From Antedon mediterranea (Eukaryota; Animalia; Echinodermata), in NCBI RefSeq assembly GCF_964355755.1, contig NC_092671.1:6324001-6388000 (forward strand): a stretch of DNA of 64,000 nucleotides. Reading direction: 5' to 3'. Positions 25,101-37,700 of this stretch are shown piece after piece (position 1 is the first letter of the stretch; the number at the start of each line of letters is the position of its first letter). Under the pieces are notes generated by a model. That model did no database searches and was not told the origin of the DNA. It was given only the letters and a program-made list of their open reading frames with translations. Position numbers and translations under genes: made by a program.

Positions 25101-28100
25101 TGGTGGAAAATCATTTAGTCATGGTAGACAAACAGAAATATATTGAAAAAAATGTAACCTGCCAGGAAAATAATATTATTGTAAATAAAGATCATGTATT
25201 GAAAATGCCAAACACCTGCATTTTAGATATTGGATTATACTCATCTACGTAGCTTTGTTAGAAAACCCATTACCTGTTATTACATAACGTTATGACATAA
25301 CGTACACGTTTTAATGCATATTAAATTACTGTTATTCATTTTATTTAGTGAAATTGATAAGAACGTGCATTATCATGATTTATTGCAACAGCTTTTGCTT
25401 TTATCAAATTGAATTATTAAAACTAATTTTATTTTAGATGGAAGACGTCTATTCTACGTGGGAAGGATTTCAAGAATGTAAAATTATTGGTTTCTCGTAA
25501 GTTGAACTGAACTGAACTCTTTTCATCCCTATATATTTTCCTTTATTCAACGAATAAAAAAACATTTATTATTTGTTTTTAAAACATCGACAATAACAAT
25601 ACAATTTAGTTGTTTTTCTAGTTGATTGATTCGATCAAATTTTCAAAGCCAAAAAAAAAAATAAAGAAAAAAAACCAAAGAAAAAAAAACAAACATTAAT
25701 AGGCCATTTCAATAAGATAAGGAGAATCGCATTAAATTTTGCTATAGTGTCTTGCGATACACCTACCAGCTATTGCATAACATGAAACAAATAAAAACTT
25801 TCATAACAAAACATTGTCAACAAAAAGAAGAAAACTGATTTAATGTGTTACACATTTTACGTTCGAACATGGAACTCCGTTTGAGTGACTTTTCAACTCT
25901 TGCAAATCTTTACCGTTATTTATGCAATAGTATTTGTTTCATTAATCCCCGGGAAGTTTATTTATTTTCACATTTATTTTGATCCATTCAACAAGTTTGT
26001 TTGTTTTTTTCTATATTTCCATTCACAAAAACATAAACATACATAAATAATCATTACAAAACAAAAGAACAAAAAGTTAATCCTTTTTTTTATTTTTCTA
26101 TGCTGTATTTCTCACATGTTCTTTTTTTTGCATTTATTTTGTTTCATTTAAGTTATTATTTGGACGTACCTTTATCATCAAAGTGTGTTACTGTTGTAAA
26201 AGTGAATTTATCAATAGATTATTAGTATAACAAACATGCTATATTGACGATCGATATCTTATTCCGGAATTGGCAATGTTGGTACAGTAGTAATATCTGT
26301 CCCACTGATTGACATTTTAATGATTCTATTGTTATTCAACAGTCTTAGTTGTCATAGTTTACCTACCGTCATACCTTGATTGATGGTGTAATCGTCTGTA
26401 TATTCAATGTATTCAGTAATTACAATAATCCTATAGATTTAATGAATATATAATTTATACTGGTAAATAACTTACGATGAGAGCTCGTAGTGGAGGGTAC
26501 CATGCACAAAATGAAACAACGTCATAAATTTTGTTCTTAAAATAGGTTAATAATTTGGCCAAATATTGTACATTCTCCCTGCAAATAAACTAAAAGCCTA
26601 TTATTCACAAGTACAGAATAATCAATAGTTTTCTTCCTTTTTTGTATTCACCCTATTGCACCTTCTTTCAAAAAATATTCCTAAAAACATCAATGTCATA
26701 GCACCCTATCCAAATGAGCAATAATAATGTGTCCCTCCATCCGCCTTCTGATGGAGATCAACAATCCTTTTTGTTGACAAAGATTTCCTTCTCTAGTAGA
26801 ACTTATTAAAGGAAATTAACTCGAGCGGCGTATTAACATGCAGCATGAATCCATTAAACCTTAACATAAAAACCGCCCTCTTTAGTTTGTATTGATGAAC
26901 CAGCGATCAAGACCAAATAATGAATTCCTCTGTGAATCAGTTTGTTGTCTGAATTTTGGAGTGCCATTTTGTTTAAAAATGTAATAACAATATGTTTATA
27001 CAAATAAATTCTTTTTATTTTCAAACCAGAAAGGGGAGTGTAATATCTGAAACAGAGCTTGTATTCGAAAACGCACTCAGTGATGAAGAAAAGTCTGCTA
27101 CTGTTGGCGAAATATACACACTGGTGGAAGAAAATGGTGGTATAGGAAACTTCACAGTCTCAAGTATACAGACACTGAGCAGTGAAGGTATAATTTATAA
27201 TCACTCTTCCTTGGTATGATTTGAAAAAAAATGGTGGTTCATGGGGCAGTACACTTGAGGTGATACGAATGAAAAATTATTTGGCCAGTTCACTAAAAGT
27301 ACTAGATATCTATGAAGAACTTGAGTTTTGTACTAACATAGTTTTACAAACTAGGAGTTGCTCTAGTTTTACAAACTAGGAGTTATTATTATTATTATTA
27401 TTTTATTTATATAGCGCTTTTCCAAATTAGTGTAAAATGATCAAAGCGCTTTACATCAGCAGACCCAACAATGAGTTACTTCTTAGGAAATAGATGTGTT
27501 TTGAGGACTTTTTTAAATTTTAAAACCGTGGTTTGTTCCCGAATCACAGACGGGAGTTCGTTCCACATCACCGGTCCAAATTTTGAGAAAGTATTATTTC
27601 CAGAGGTCTGCTTTTCGAGACAGTGATCCAATCTAGTGTGATCTATCTTGGACCTCAGGCCTCTCTTAGCACATCTATACACCCGTAAGAGATTACTCAG
27701 ATAACAGGGCGCATTATTATTTATACAATTGTAGACATGAAGTAACACTTTAAAAGTGATTCTACTTTCAACAGGTAGTCAATGCAATTGCTCCTAGTTT
27801 TACAAACTAGGAGTTGCTCTTATAGTTGTACAAACTATTAGTTGCTCTAGTTTACAAACTAGGAGTTGCTCTAGTTTACAAACTAGGAGTTGCTCTAGTT
27901 TACAAACTAGGAGTTGCTCGAGTTTACAAACTAGGAGTTGCTCGAGTTTTACAAACTAGGAGTTGCTCGAGTTTTAAAAACTAGGAGTTGCTCGAGTTTT
28001 ACAAACTAGGAGTTGCTCGAGTTTTACAAACTAGGAGTTGCTCGAGTTTTACAAACTAGGAGTTGCTCGAGTTTTCCAAACTAGGAGTTGCTCGAGTTTT

Positions 28101-30132
28101 AAAAACTAGGAGTTTAGGAGTTGCTCGAGTTTTGCAAACTAGGAGTTGCTCGAGTTTTACAAACTAGGAGTTGCTCGAGTTTGCAAACTTTTTTTCTGCA
28201 GTTTTTCAACTGACCAACACACTAGATTCGCAAGCAAGTGTAGACTAACTGTATTTTATTTTACATTTATTTATTTTACAGGTACGTATGAAGAGGTAGA
28301 TCACTGTTCACTTCTTCCTTGTCCAGTAAACTTAAATTGCCACGTAGAAGATTCAAAATGTGTCTTATCTTGTCAAGAAAATACAGATTTTTGTCAAAAT
28401 GGAGAATGTGAAGTTGACGAAGATGGCAAAAACTTAACTTGCAAGTACGTTATACGTTCATATAATAAGTACATTGAAACCGTTTATACCCTTCCATTAT
28501 ATTAACTTCTTTTTTATTCGGTTAAAAATTTATATTATTTGTAAATTCAATCTTGCAGGAACACCACAGTCGATGTTGAACCAGTAAAAACAGGATGTAA
28601 GTAAAATATAATTTCTCTAACGATATTTAGTTTATTGTGCCTAAATACTAAGCGAAGATTTTAATTTATAGTCGCTTGTGATAGTAAATTGGATTGTTAG
28701 TTTCTTTTTAAAAACTATTTGAAATGTTCTTTTTATCTTTTCATGTTAAACTTACTGTATAAAATGATAAATGTTACAAAGATGTACTTATCTTTTTAAA
28801 TCGAAATTTCTGTATATCAGAATAAAGTACCAATCTTTTATATTAATTAATAAAATTGTTAACTTTATATGTAGGATGTAAACGTCGGTTTACACAAACG
28901 TTAATATTATATTGAATTAAATGTTACAGCCAATGAGACGGTAATTGCAATGGTGCTAATTGGAGCAAGTTTTTTCCTGATTGTACTTTCGATAATATTA
29001 ATTGTGTTTATTTGTAAATTGTGGAGGAAACGACGTCGACGGTGGCGGTAAGTTGTTACATACTTTGTTTATTTGAATATATTAACATAATTAAAAAACA
29101 AGATGTTGTTTTTAATCTTTCCGGGCGCGCAGCGATATTTCTTTTCGTACATAAATTGGGGACCCCTCATGAAACGTCACAAAATAAACATGAATATTCA
29201 TTAGTCATATCATAAGGTGTGACGAAAGAATTGATGTTACTACAATTCACTAATGCAAACGCTTTCTGTCGAGCCGTCTGTGTAGTCGAATAGATTAAAC
29301 TATGAAATTTACATATCGATGTATCTGGTTCGATTCCCATAACCAACTTATTTTTACTTTATAGTCAGAGAGATTATTTATAGGGTTAGGTTTAGTTATA
29401 TTTAGGAAGTAGTTCGGCTATTTTTCACATAAGTGGTCCCCAACTTATGTATGAAAAGAAAAATCGCTTCCGGTCATCTGTGTTAAATCATTCTCTCAAA
29501 TGTTATGACACTAAATGAAGTAGACCTAACTAGAGAACAAAAGTAAAGAATTACTAAAAATATTTCCTGTGTATTGTTTATATTTTTTTGTTATAACTTA
29601 AACAGTGTGAAATAAGTAATGTATTAAAATATTTCTAATTCTTAGGAGGAGACAGAATCAAGACATTCAGTTGTTCGGTTTTGAGGCCAACAAACACACG
29701 CGTCTGAATGGCGGTATCCCAGTCACTGATGTATCAGCAACACGTGGCCGTTTTTTTGTCAACAGTGAACTAAATGAAGCGCCATTTTTTAGTAGTCATC
29801 CAGCAGAATCAAACTTAATGAGTGGCCGAGGGTCAATAGGCTCCACAAGTCAACATTCGGTGTTTGACCGAGCATTCTCCAGTGCTGCTCACAGTGATAT
29901 AGATGAACCTGACTATGATTATGACGTCATAAATAGGAACAGAAGTGTAAAGTTTTTGGATACTCCTCAAATTCTTGGTGATGAACAATCGGCTGAAGAA
30001 TTCGGAATTGAAAATTTCAGTTTCGGTGTACCGAAGTACGTCGATCGGGAAGACGACGCAGGTAGTTATAGAGTGCGGTGGGATTTCAAGGTCGATGATC
30101 CTGCCGTGCAGGATATGGACATAGCTCTATAA
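22149..30132 (+). CDS. Gene D: Reeler domain - mucin stalk - SEA - EGF-like - TM protein (transmembrane mucin-like, ~812 aa)
   Basis: Exons 22149-22353, 22835-23066, 23285-24153, 24603-24712, 25438-25496, 27030-27187, 28282-28444, 28559-28596, 28930-29047 and 29646-30132; phases are consistent (2439 nt). Reeler motifs YPSGAP..AC..M.P..H, FKGVMLQAR, VTHTN..DK....W.AP, F.ATIV; SEA motifs F.DSLND..S.EF and FSKGSVI; TM followed by RKRRRRW. Probable 5' UTR exon ending ~21155. Confidence 0.9.
24760..24890. mobile_element. MITE family AGCTCTGTCTACAC copy
   Basis: AGCTCTGTTTACACTATCAAACTTT ... AAAGTTTGATAGTGTAGACAAATCT. Confidence 0.75.
27339..28190. repeat. 24/25-bp minisatellite interrupted by a LINE
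   Basis: Unit AGTTTTACAAACTAGGAGTTGCTC(T/G); about 2 copies at 27339-27384 and about 15 at 27788-28190. Confidence 0.9.
27385..27792 (-). mobile_element. L2-clade LINE 3' fragment with (AAT)n tail
   Basis: QLH*LPVESRITFKVLLHVYNC....APCYLSNLL...FSKFGPVMWNELP...FKKVLKTHLF; the tail is AGCGCTATATAAATAAAAT(AAT)n. Confidence 0.85.
29120..29473. mobile_element. MITE-like element with inverted ends, enclosing a tRNA-like segment and TTAGGG-like repeats
   Basis: AGCGATATTTCTTTTCGTACATAAATTGGGGACC vs GGTCCCCAACTTATGTATGAAAAGAAAAATCGCT; B-box GGTTCGATTCC at ~29327. Confidence 0.6.
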
Positions 30133-31429
30133 ATAAAAAGAAACAATAAAACATAACAAAACCCGCCGAATTAGCACCGTGAAACACCTTGATTATCAAT
30201 GTTTGTATGTCATATATTTTGAACTCGGAATTGTGTGTGTGAAAATATCTTGTGTTTTATATTCAGCAATGAAATCAAAATGACTATTTGAAAAAAGATA
30301 GGTTCGGATGTAGCAGAACATTTCGTGTTTTTGTGACGGATTTATGAAATGTTATAAGATCAAATGTTATTGTTGACGTTGTTACTGATGTCATCTGATT
30401 GAGATAATTTAAAAGTAATTTTTTTTCAGAATATAAATCCGCAAGTAAAAAAAATGTTGCTTACAAAAACGCATAATATAGTTTATAGGCCTAAAAAGAA
30501 TGATTTCATCAGTAGTTGGACTTGCAGCAATATGTATTAAATATTTATTAGAATTTTTTAAAATTAGCCTACTGTTTATGTTTTTTCCGCCTTATAAATA
30601 ATATTCAATGTTTGCCTCATATTTTCATCAATACTTACCTATGAGGAACATCGCTAACGAGAAATGGACAACAGACATACCTACAATTATTACTTTTAAT
30701 GCTCAGTTAAGATCTATCTAGTGACAGCAGCTGAACCAGATGCAAGAATACCGAAAAAGAGATACGTAAGCCCGCATGGAAGCAACTTTAGTATCAACAA
30801 CGCTTTATGGTAATTGTCATTAATCATTTGTTTTAACTCATATGAATATTATTTTACTGTTTGATCGATAAAGAAAGTAGGCCTACTATCACCCATTTGA
30901 TAATGCATTTAGAATTAGTAATGGTCATACACTTACAGGAAACGTCAAGTGAATGATTAAGGAACCACAGCGGAATGTTTTGTGTCTTGAAGAAGGGCGT
31001 AACCCCCAAACGTATAGAATAATATATAAAATAGACATGATCTGGTACGTTGCAGAATAATATTATTAGAAAATTAATTTGTTTGCACTATTTATGGGTT
31101 TTAAAAATAACTCTTTTCTGTTACAGTGTGCAGACCCTCTCCGTCAGTTCCATTTTTATTGTATAAGTAATGTTTTATAATGCATGTATACACTTCCTGC
31201 CAAGTATGGGATGCTTGTCAAAGTCGTTTCTGGGAATTACCAGAAGAGAAAGTAAAACAATAATATGAGTTACTACGAGTCCCGAGACTATACAGTTTGT
31301 CCTACTTTTGTAATATCGATTGCAATTTACTTATTTATTTTATATAAATAATAACCATGCAGAAATACTGGAATAATAAGGCTTTCTGTGGGTGGGTCAT
31401 GATTCCTTTCTTATAGTCTATACCGAATA

Positions 31430-31760
31430 AGTGTTACAAACAAACCGTAAACAATTAAATTCTTGATTAATTTATCAAAACAAAATCAACAAGGTAAGCA
31501 AAAAAAAAAAACCCCCAAACAACACCAGATCCTAAAAAAGGCGGAGTTGAAAAAATAAAGAAAGAAAGAACAATTTGAATTTGTCATTGTCATTTAAATA
31601 ATCAAAATAAATAGACCTACCTTCCTCTCTAACATCGATATACAAATCATAACGTAAATCTGAATAATAATGATAATTAAATTCGTCTTCAATTTCGTTC
31701 CTATTGCAAAAGGTACATACCAGAGGGAAAGGTTCGGGTATGGCACCCTTTTTTATTTGA
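31430..31760 (-). mobile_element. Degraded non-LTR retrotransposon 3' fragment
   Basis: CTFCNRNEIEDEF...YSDLRY resembles the CxxC...EDE.H zinc-finger remnant at LINE ORF2 ends. Confidence 0.5.
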
Positions 31761-34700
31761 GCGCACCTCGACATTGAATAGTCGACAATGATTTCAGTGA
31801 CAAACGCGAAATTGTTCATAAAACTGGTCATTGAGCGTTCCTTTTTAACTGAGAGGCACTACGCGTATTTGGTTTTGTCCAGACGTAACCTTGATAACAA
31901 AAATTAAGTAGAGAATTTAAATAATAAAATTAAGTAAGCAAAACGCTCTCAAACGGACATTTATAAAATACAAAAAGTGTAAGCAATGCACCTAAGCGGA
32001 AAATATTCAATTTCTTTATATTATCCCTTGGGCTTAAGTTTGAAACTTACCGCTTTCTATAAGAATGACATTGCATCACCAGACTTTCCCAGAGTTAACA
32101 AATTGCAACTGTGTGATTCTATCACAAAAGTGATATGAAATCGATAGCAGACTGAAGCCAACCACGCGGATACTGTTCATCCCGGATCATATCCGTGATA
32201 GGGTTTTCCTTTTTAGATTATTAGGAACAAAGGAGAATACGAGAGTTTTCTATTTTATATTAGCAGAATAATGACTGCGATCGTCGGCGCTTTCTTAAAA
32301 CCCAAGAGTAATCGCCGACTGGAAATTAGTTAGTACTAACGATTTTCAAGATACACGTCATGTCTGATGATTTTCGGCTGTGGCTTTAATTTTTTTGGAT
32401 GTCGATTGTAAGCAATAATTGCTTTATTTAAATTAGGTGAAGAGTAGGGCTGGGTTATGTGAGTTGATATAATGACAGGTCTATTATTTTACAGGAATTA
32501 TACATGATGTAGGCCTATACGTACTAAAAAAGTATTAAACTCCTAATGATTGTTGTACAAGAATTGTGTAAGCCTATACATTTTATTTTTGTGCATTCTA
32601 AAAAGAAGTTAGTGGTCCATCTGATTTAACAAAAAAGAAAAATTCAGATCAAAGCTTGGAATAACAAAACATATTAGGCATCAGAAAGTCGGAAAACAAA
32701 TTTGCATAAAAGAACACAGCTCTCCTACGTTCCCAATTATAGTAACAATCCCGATTGCTTATAAAGAAATACCTTGGATTTCAACTGATTGAAATAGAAC
32801 AACCCCTTTGACACATCCATTTTCAGGGGACACTCCTTTCATATAAAACGAACTAGAGATTAACAATACGGTCACCCCCTCAAAGGTCAATCATGGGTCA
32901 ATCCATAAGAGGACAATTTGTGGATACTCCCATGTATTACCCTAATAACAAATGGATTCTACTTTATTTATCACAACAAGTCATATATAGGACTTTAGAA
33001 GATAAACGGTACCAAATTAAACTTAATTTAAGTATGATTCATATTACCACAAGGCGTCCTGTATTCACTCGGTTACATATGACGCACACTAGTTGGTAGG
33101 CCTACTCCAATATGTATGTCACCCGTGGCACACATCTCAGATAATATTGAGAAATGATTGAAATCAAGAATACAGAAATAAGTAACAACAGGAAAAAGTG
33201 TATCTTTATGATTCATGGGAAAAGTTAAAATTGAGCAAACGAATAAAGCGAGAAAAATTACAATTTACGTAATTATTTATTTATCATTAGTCCTTTTTGC
33301 CATTGAAACTTTTTGCTTTAAATTTAGAATTCTTATAGGAATAATAAAAATCTTGTTTGGACGATTGCTGTTGAATTTCTAATGAATTTTCATTAAAGCC
33401 AAAGGGACATCAACATCTAACATACGCCCATCATTGAAGATACAATGACCTAGATCAAGCATCTTAAAGGTTTCCAGAAACACTTTTCAGTATATTTGTC
33501 AATCGTCATCTTGGTTGAAGCAGATATCAAACGTAGATTACGTATTGGGAATTGTCCGGAAAGCTATGATATGAAAAGGGTTTAAGCCAGGCTATTAAGT
33601 TCAACGAAATATGGGTTAGCATATGTGCTATTAATTTTTTCTATCTATTACCTGAATTGCCTTGTTAAAAACTCGGGAGACTTAGGGTGGGACCATCGTG
33701 GGAAACAGACCGCAATGTGAATGATGGATGACTAAGAGGAAATAGATTATTTGTATTTTATAAGACAATAACTGCTGACATCTTGTATTGTTTGGTTCTA
33801 ATAAACAATAACGTTTTGACAAATGAAATTATCTTCCTTCCAATGCAACGTAATTGTAAACAAATTCTGGTAATAAAACACATTTAGCAGTTATAAATCT
33901 TTTTTGTAATCATCTAGTTGCACTCATTATCCGGATAATCATATCGAAGACGAATAGGCCTAAACGATTTGTCCACTCTTGTGGATTTACTAACATTCAG
34001 GCCTTTTTGTTAATTATAATTTTAATAAATAATAATAAATAAGTAATAAATAATAATAATTCTAATATAGGCCTAATCATACATCGTCGATTTCGTCATT
34101 ATCATCATCAGCCTGACCACCAGTAATCATGTTTGTATACAACGTATCATTTTAACTAATTATAAATATATGGACATTCTGAATTAATGCCTATTTTGAT
34201 AAAGTACAAAGAATGTGACGATGATATTGTTAAACCCTGGTAATTGTTACTGTATAAAGCTCTGTCTAAGAAGTGTGACGTACCCAAATATGGTAGTGAT
34301 ATGACATCATCATGTCCATTATAGAATAAATTTGTTGTGTAGAAATCGTTTTTAAGACTGATTGTGACTAATAGAGCATTAGTAAAATGTACTACTAGGC
34401 CTACTGTAGTTTCATTCAGGCCTAAACTAAATCAATAACCTCAAGCTTGCTTGGATCGATCTGTAAGTAAAAATGTTAGTGACATAACTACTGCATGATT
34501 TACGAGCAACAGATCTGTCAGATGTATTTCCCTGTGGTCTGATTGAATTCTCGTTAAAAGCAACGCTGCGCATGAGCAGAACAGGGTGCGCAATCACTAG
34601 AGTGTTTTAGCAGACTACAAATATATCAGATTTGATCATTATTACTGTCAGTATGAATGTTTTCGGTATTGAAGTATTTCGTGTAAATTACAAATTGTTA

Positions 34701-34770
34701 TCGTGCGGTTGTTGTCAGCTTGTGAGAAATAGACACTTGATTTAAGTGAAAGTGGATTTAACTGTGAAAA

Positions 34771-37700
34771 ATGGTTAATGAACGCAGGGTTGTTCTACCC
34801 GTCAGACGATGCAAATTTGGAAGTAGGCAGAACATTGTCAAACCCTACTATATTGCCGTTGTTTTATTCTTAGATATTATCCTGCGGAGCATGGCAGCTG
34901 GAGGTAAGTTCATGGATTTACTAGTAACAAATCCCAAGTAAGCCTAATACTTTTTCCCAACACTTAAGTTGGTTCTAATCACATAGAGATTATCATATTT
35001 TTTTAGAACCTATTTTCCGTTATAATTTTTTTTATATGGAACTACATCTATATGTCATTTTTTTTGTGGAATATAGTTAGAACATAGATGGTTTTATATT
35101 CAGAAATTATTTTTTAGTTTAAATGACTAACACTGCGTACTATTTTCTATAGGCCTATCTCTTTCAGTAATTATTAGTAAATACGTTACTGTATTATTTT
35201 ATTGAAGTTACTTTGGTATTAGACCAATCATAAGAGTTGCAAAGCCCCTGGTATTGAATTAGACTTGCCCCAAGTACGCATTCATTGTTTTTTTTTATTT
35301 ATTTGTTTTTATTTCGATTTTTGTCTGAAACGCCATATGTGCCAAAATATTTATCTTTTTACTAATATTAAGACAAAAATGCGTCTGAAACCCAGACTAG
35401 TATTGAATAGGCTTATAGGGTCAAATGTAAAGTAAAACGATAGGTAGGTCAAAGGTCGATGTATTGAGATTTTTTTTAGAAAGATTTTATAAAAATTGTT
35501 TTATTTATTCTCTTTATTTGTCGGCCTATTTTTATTTATACAGTAACTTAATATTAAAAATATTCAGTAATAAAAAAATATATGATGTATGTAACTGTTT
35601 CTATAAATTGATTGGATCGGAACGTCAATTAACGATGTGCGCTCGTGGTAAAACCAGCTAAGTACTGGCGTCATGGAGGTCGTTTTCAAGAAAAGGAAAA
35701 AAAACTGTTAATTTTGTTTTGGTAACATACGCTAAATGTTTACGGCGGCTAATTGACTGAAATGGATGTAATGACATGCAGTGATGAGAGTTATGAATAT
35801 AATATGTCTCTACTACAAGATTACCATCTGCCCAACAAAACAAAACGCGCGAGAACAATGATGTACTCATACGTGACCAATCCCGTGGTTGCGTATATCG
35901 CTTGCGGAAAGTAGAATGACTGTGAGGCAAGTTGTGATATTGTTTTGACAGAATAATATGTAATAATGCTACCTTTTTGCAAATCTTGGCGAAAAATCAC
36001 CATCAACCGACCCCCGACTGCGCAGACCTACGCCAACGATAAGGCAATATCATTGACTTGATTGGCCAATATTTTGGCAGTTATGTATTAGTGAGATGAA
36101 GCCAGTGGCGATAAAGCTATTATTTCTGCCAACTCCAACGGCTATTTTCATAAATAACAGGTACGCGCTGTGATGAACTTTCTTGTAATAGTGTCAAGTT
36201 TTGTTTCCTCATAGTGCTGTACAAATGCGCATCTGAGCAGTCATGTGACAAAAAAAAATTATCTGTGGGTGAACGACCCTCAGTTAAAAAAAAAGACGTT
36301 ATTACACAGTAGGAGTTACGGACAATTAGAGTATGATGAGTGTAACCCTCATTTGACACGTGCTTGGGGCGCTGAAACTTTTCAAACTGAAAATACCCGT
36401 ATTGTTAATATCCATATTAAGCTTTGTCTACACTATCAAAGTTTGTGTTACAAACAAATGTGATGTGCCTATATATGGACATGATGTCACATCACTACCA
36501 TATTTGGGGCATATCACTACCATATTTGGGCACATCACACTTTTTTGTCACATAAAGTTTAAAAGTGTAGACAGAGCTCAAGTTAAAGTAAAAAAAAAAA
36601 AAACTAAAAATAAATAAACGAAGTTTAAATTATTTTGTCATGTTTGTTTAATCAGTGATTATGATGCTGATATAATATGCTATTGCAATTGCTACTTCAT
36701 TGATTTACTATTAATTTTCATTTTTATTATCGATGCGATATGCTTTAAACATGTAATGATTTAAGTACTTATTTCATATTTACAGAAACATCAGCCCACG
36801 AAGATAGTCAAAGTAATTTGGAACTTTTTTCAATAGAAAATGTTCCTCTGTCTTTAATTGAAGAAATAGGTAGCATGTCCTGGTCGTCTGTGCTCAGTGA
36901 TTATGCAGCAGAAAACGGTTCACTATACGAAGGTTAGTACGGCAGTATATACTGATAACTCTTAACCAATAGGCCTAGGCCTATACAATCCCGACACACT
37001 TTAAACCATGAGAAACAGTAAATAGTGGAAACTATTCAGCAACAAGCAAAGAGTTTTCCACAAAATGTAATCATGTCTGTGCCAAATGTTTAGGAATTTG
37101 GATTTAAATCACATACCTCAAACTGCTGTTTACAAAATGATAACTAGGGTGTTTGACTAAACTCTAAAACTAAATTAAGTTCCTTTTTAATTATTAGGGG
37201 CCTATAACGTAAATTCGATATTCTATTCTAAAGCTCTGTCTACACTGTCAAACTTTATGTGAAACTTGTGATGTGCCCACATATGGACATTAAAAAATTA
37301 AAAAAAAACATGATTCATATCACTACACTACCGTATTTGGGCATATCAGTACCATATTTGGGCACATCACATTTTTTTGTCAAACTAGTTTAATAGTGTA
37401 GACAGAGCTTTAGAATAAAATATCGAATTTACGTTATAATTATAAAGGATCTCAATTTACTGTTAGGCCTCGTACTTTTACTGCTGTTTCCAATGTGAAC
37501 TAGGTTATTTTTCATTCAAAATATAACATATTATAGGCCTTTAAGTAAATTTGCAAATATTGTTTTTGTGTTGGTAGAGGTCGATCAGGATTATATGAAT
37601 CTTCACTTCTCAGTTGGACCCGACTCAGGCCTTGATCTTCAACATATTCAGGATGAAGTTCTTAAGCAGGTAATGTATATATGAGCTTCGTTGTACTTAA

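Noticed and set aside
29274-29345. tRNA gene candidates (also 39372-39420)
   Set aside because: A/B-box-like pieces only; no convincing cloverleaf, and they look like repeat-derived heads.
30631-31200. Isolated splice-like signals downstream of gene D
   Set aside because: No consistent open frame or exon chain could be built.
34653-34745. 30-codon upstream ORF before gene E
   Set aside because: The transcription start is unknown, and such ORFs are common by chance.
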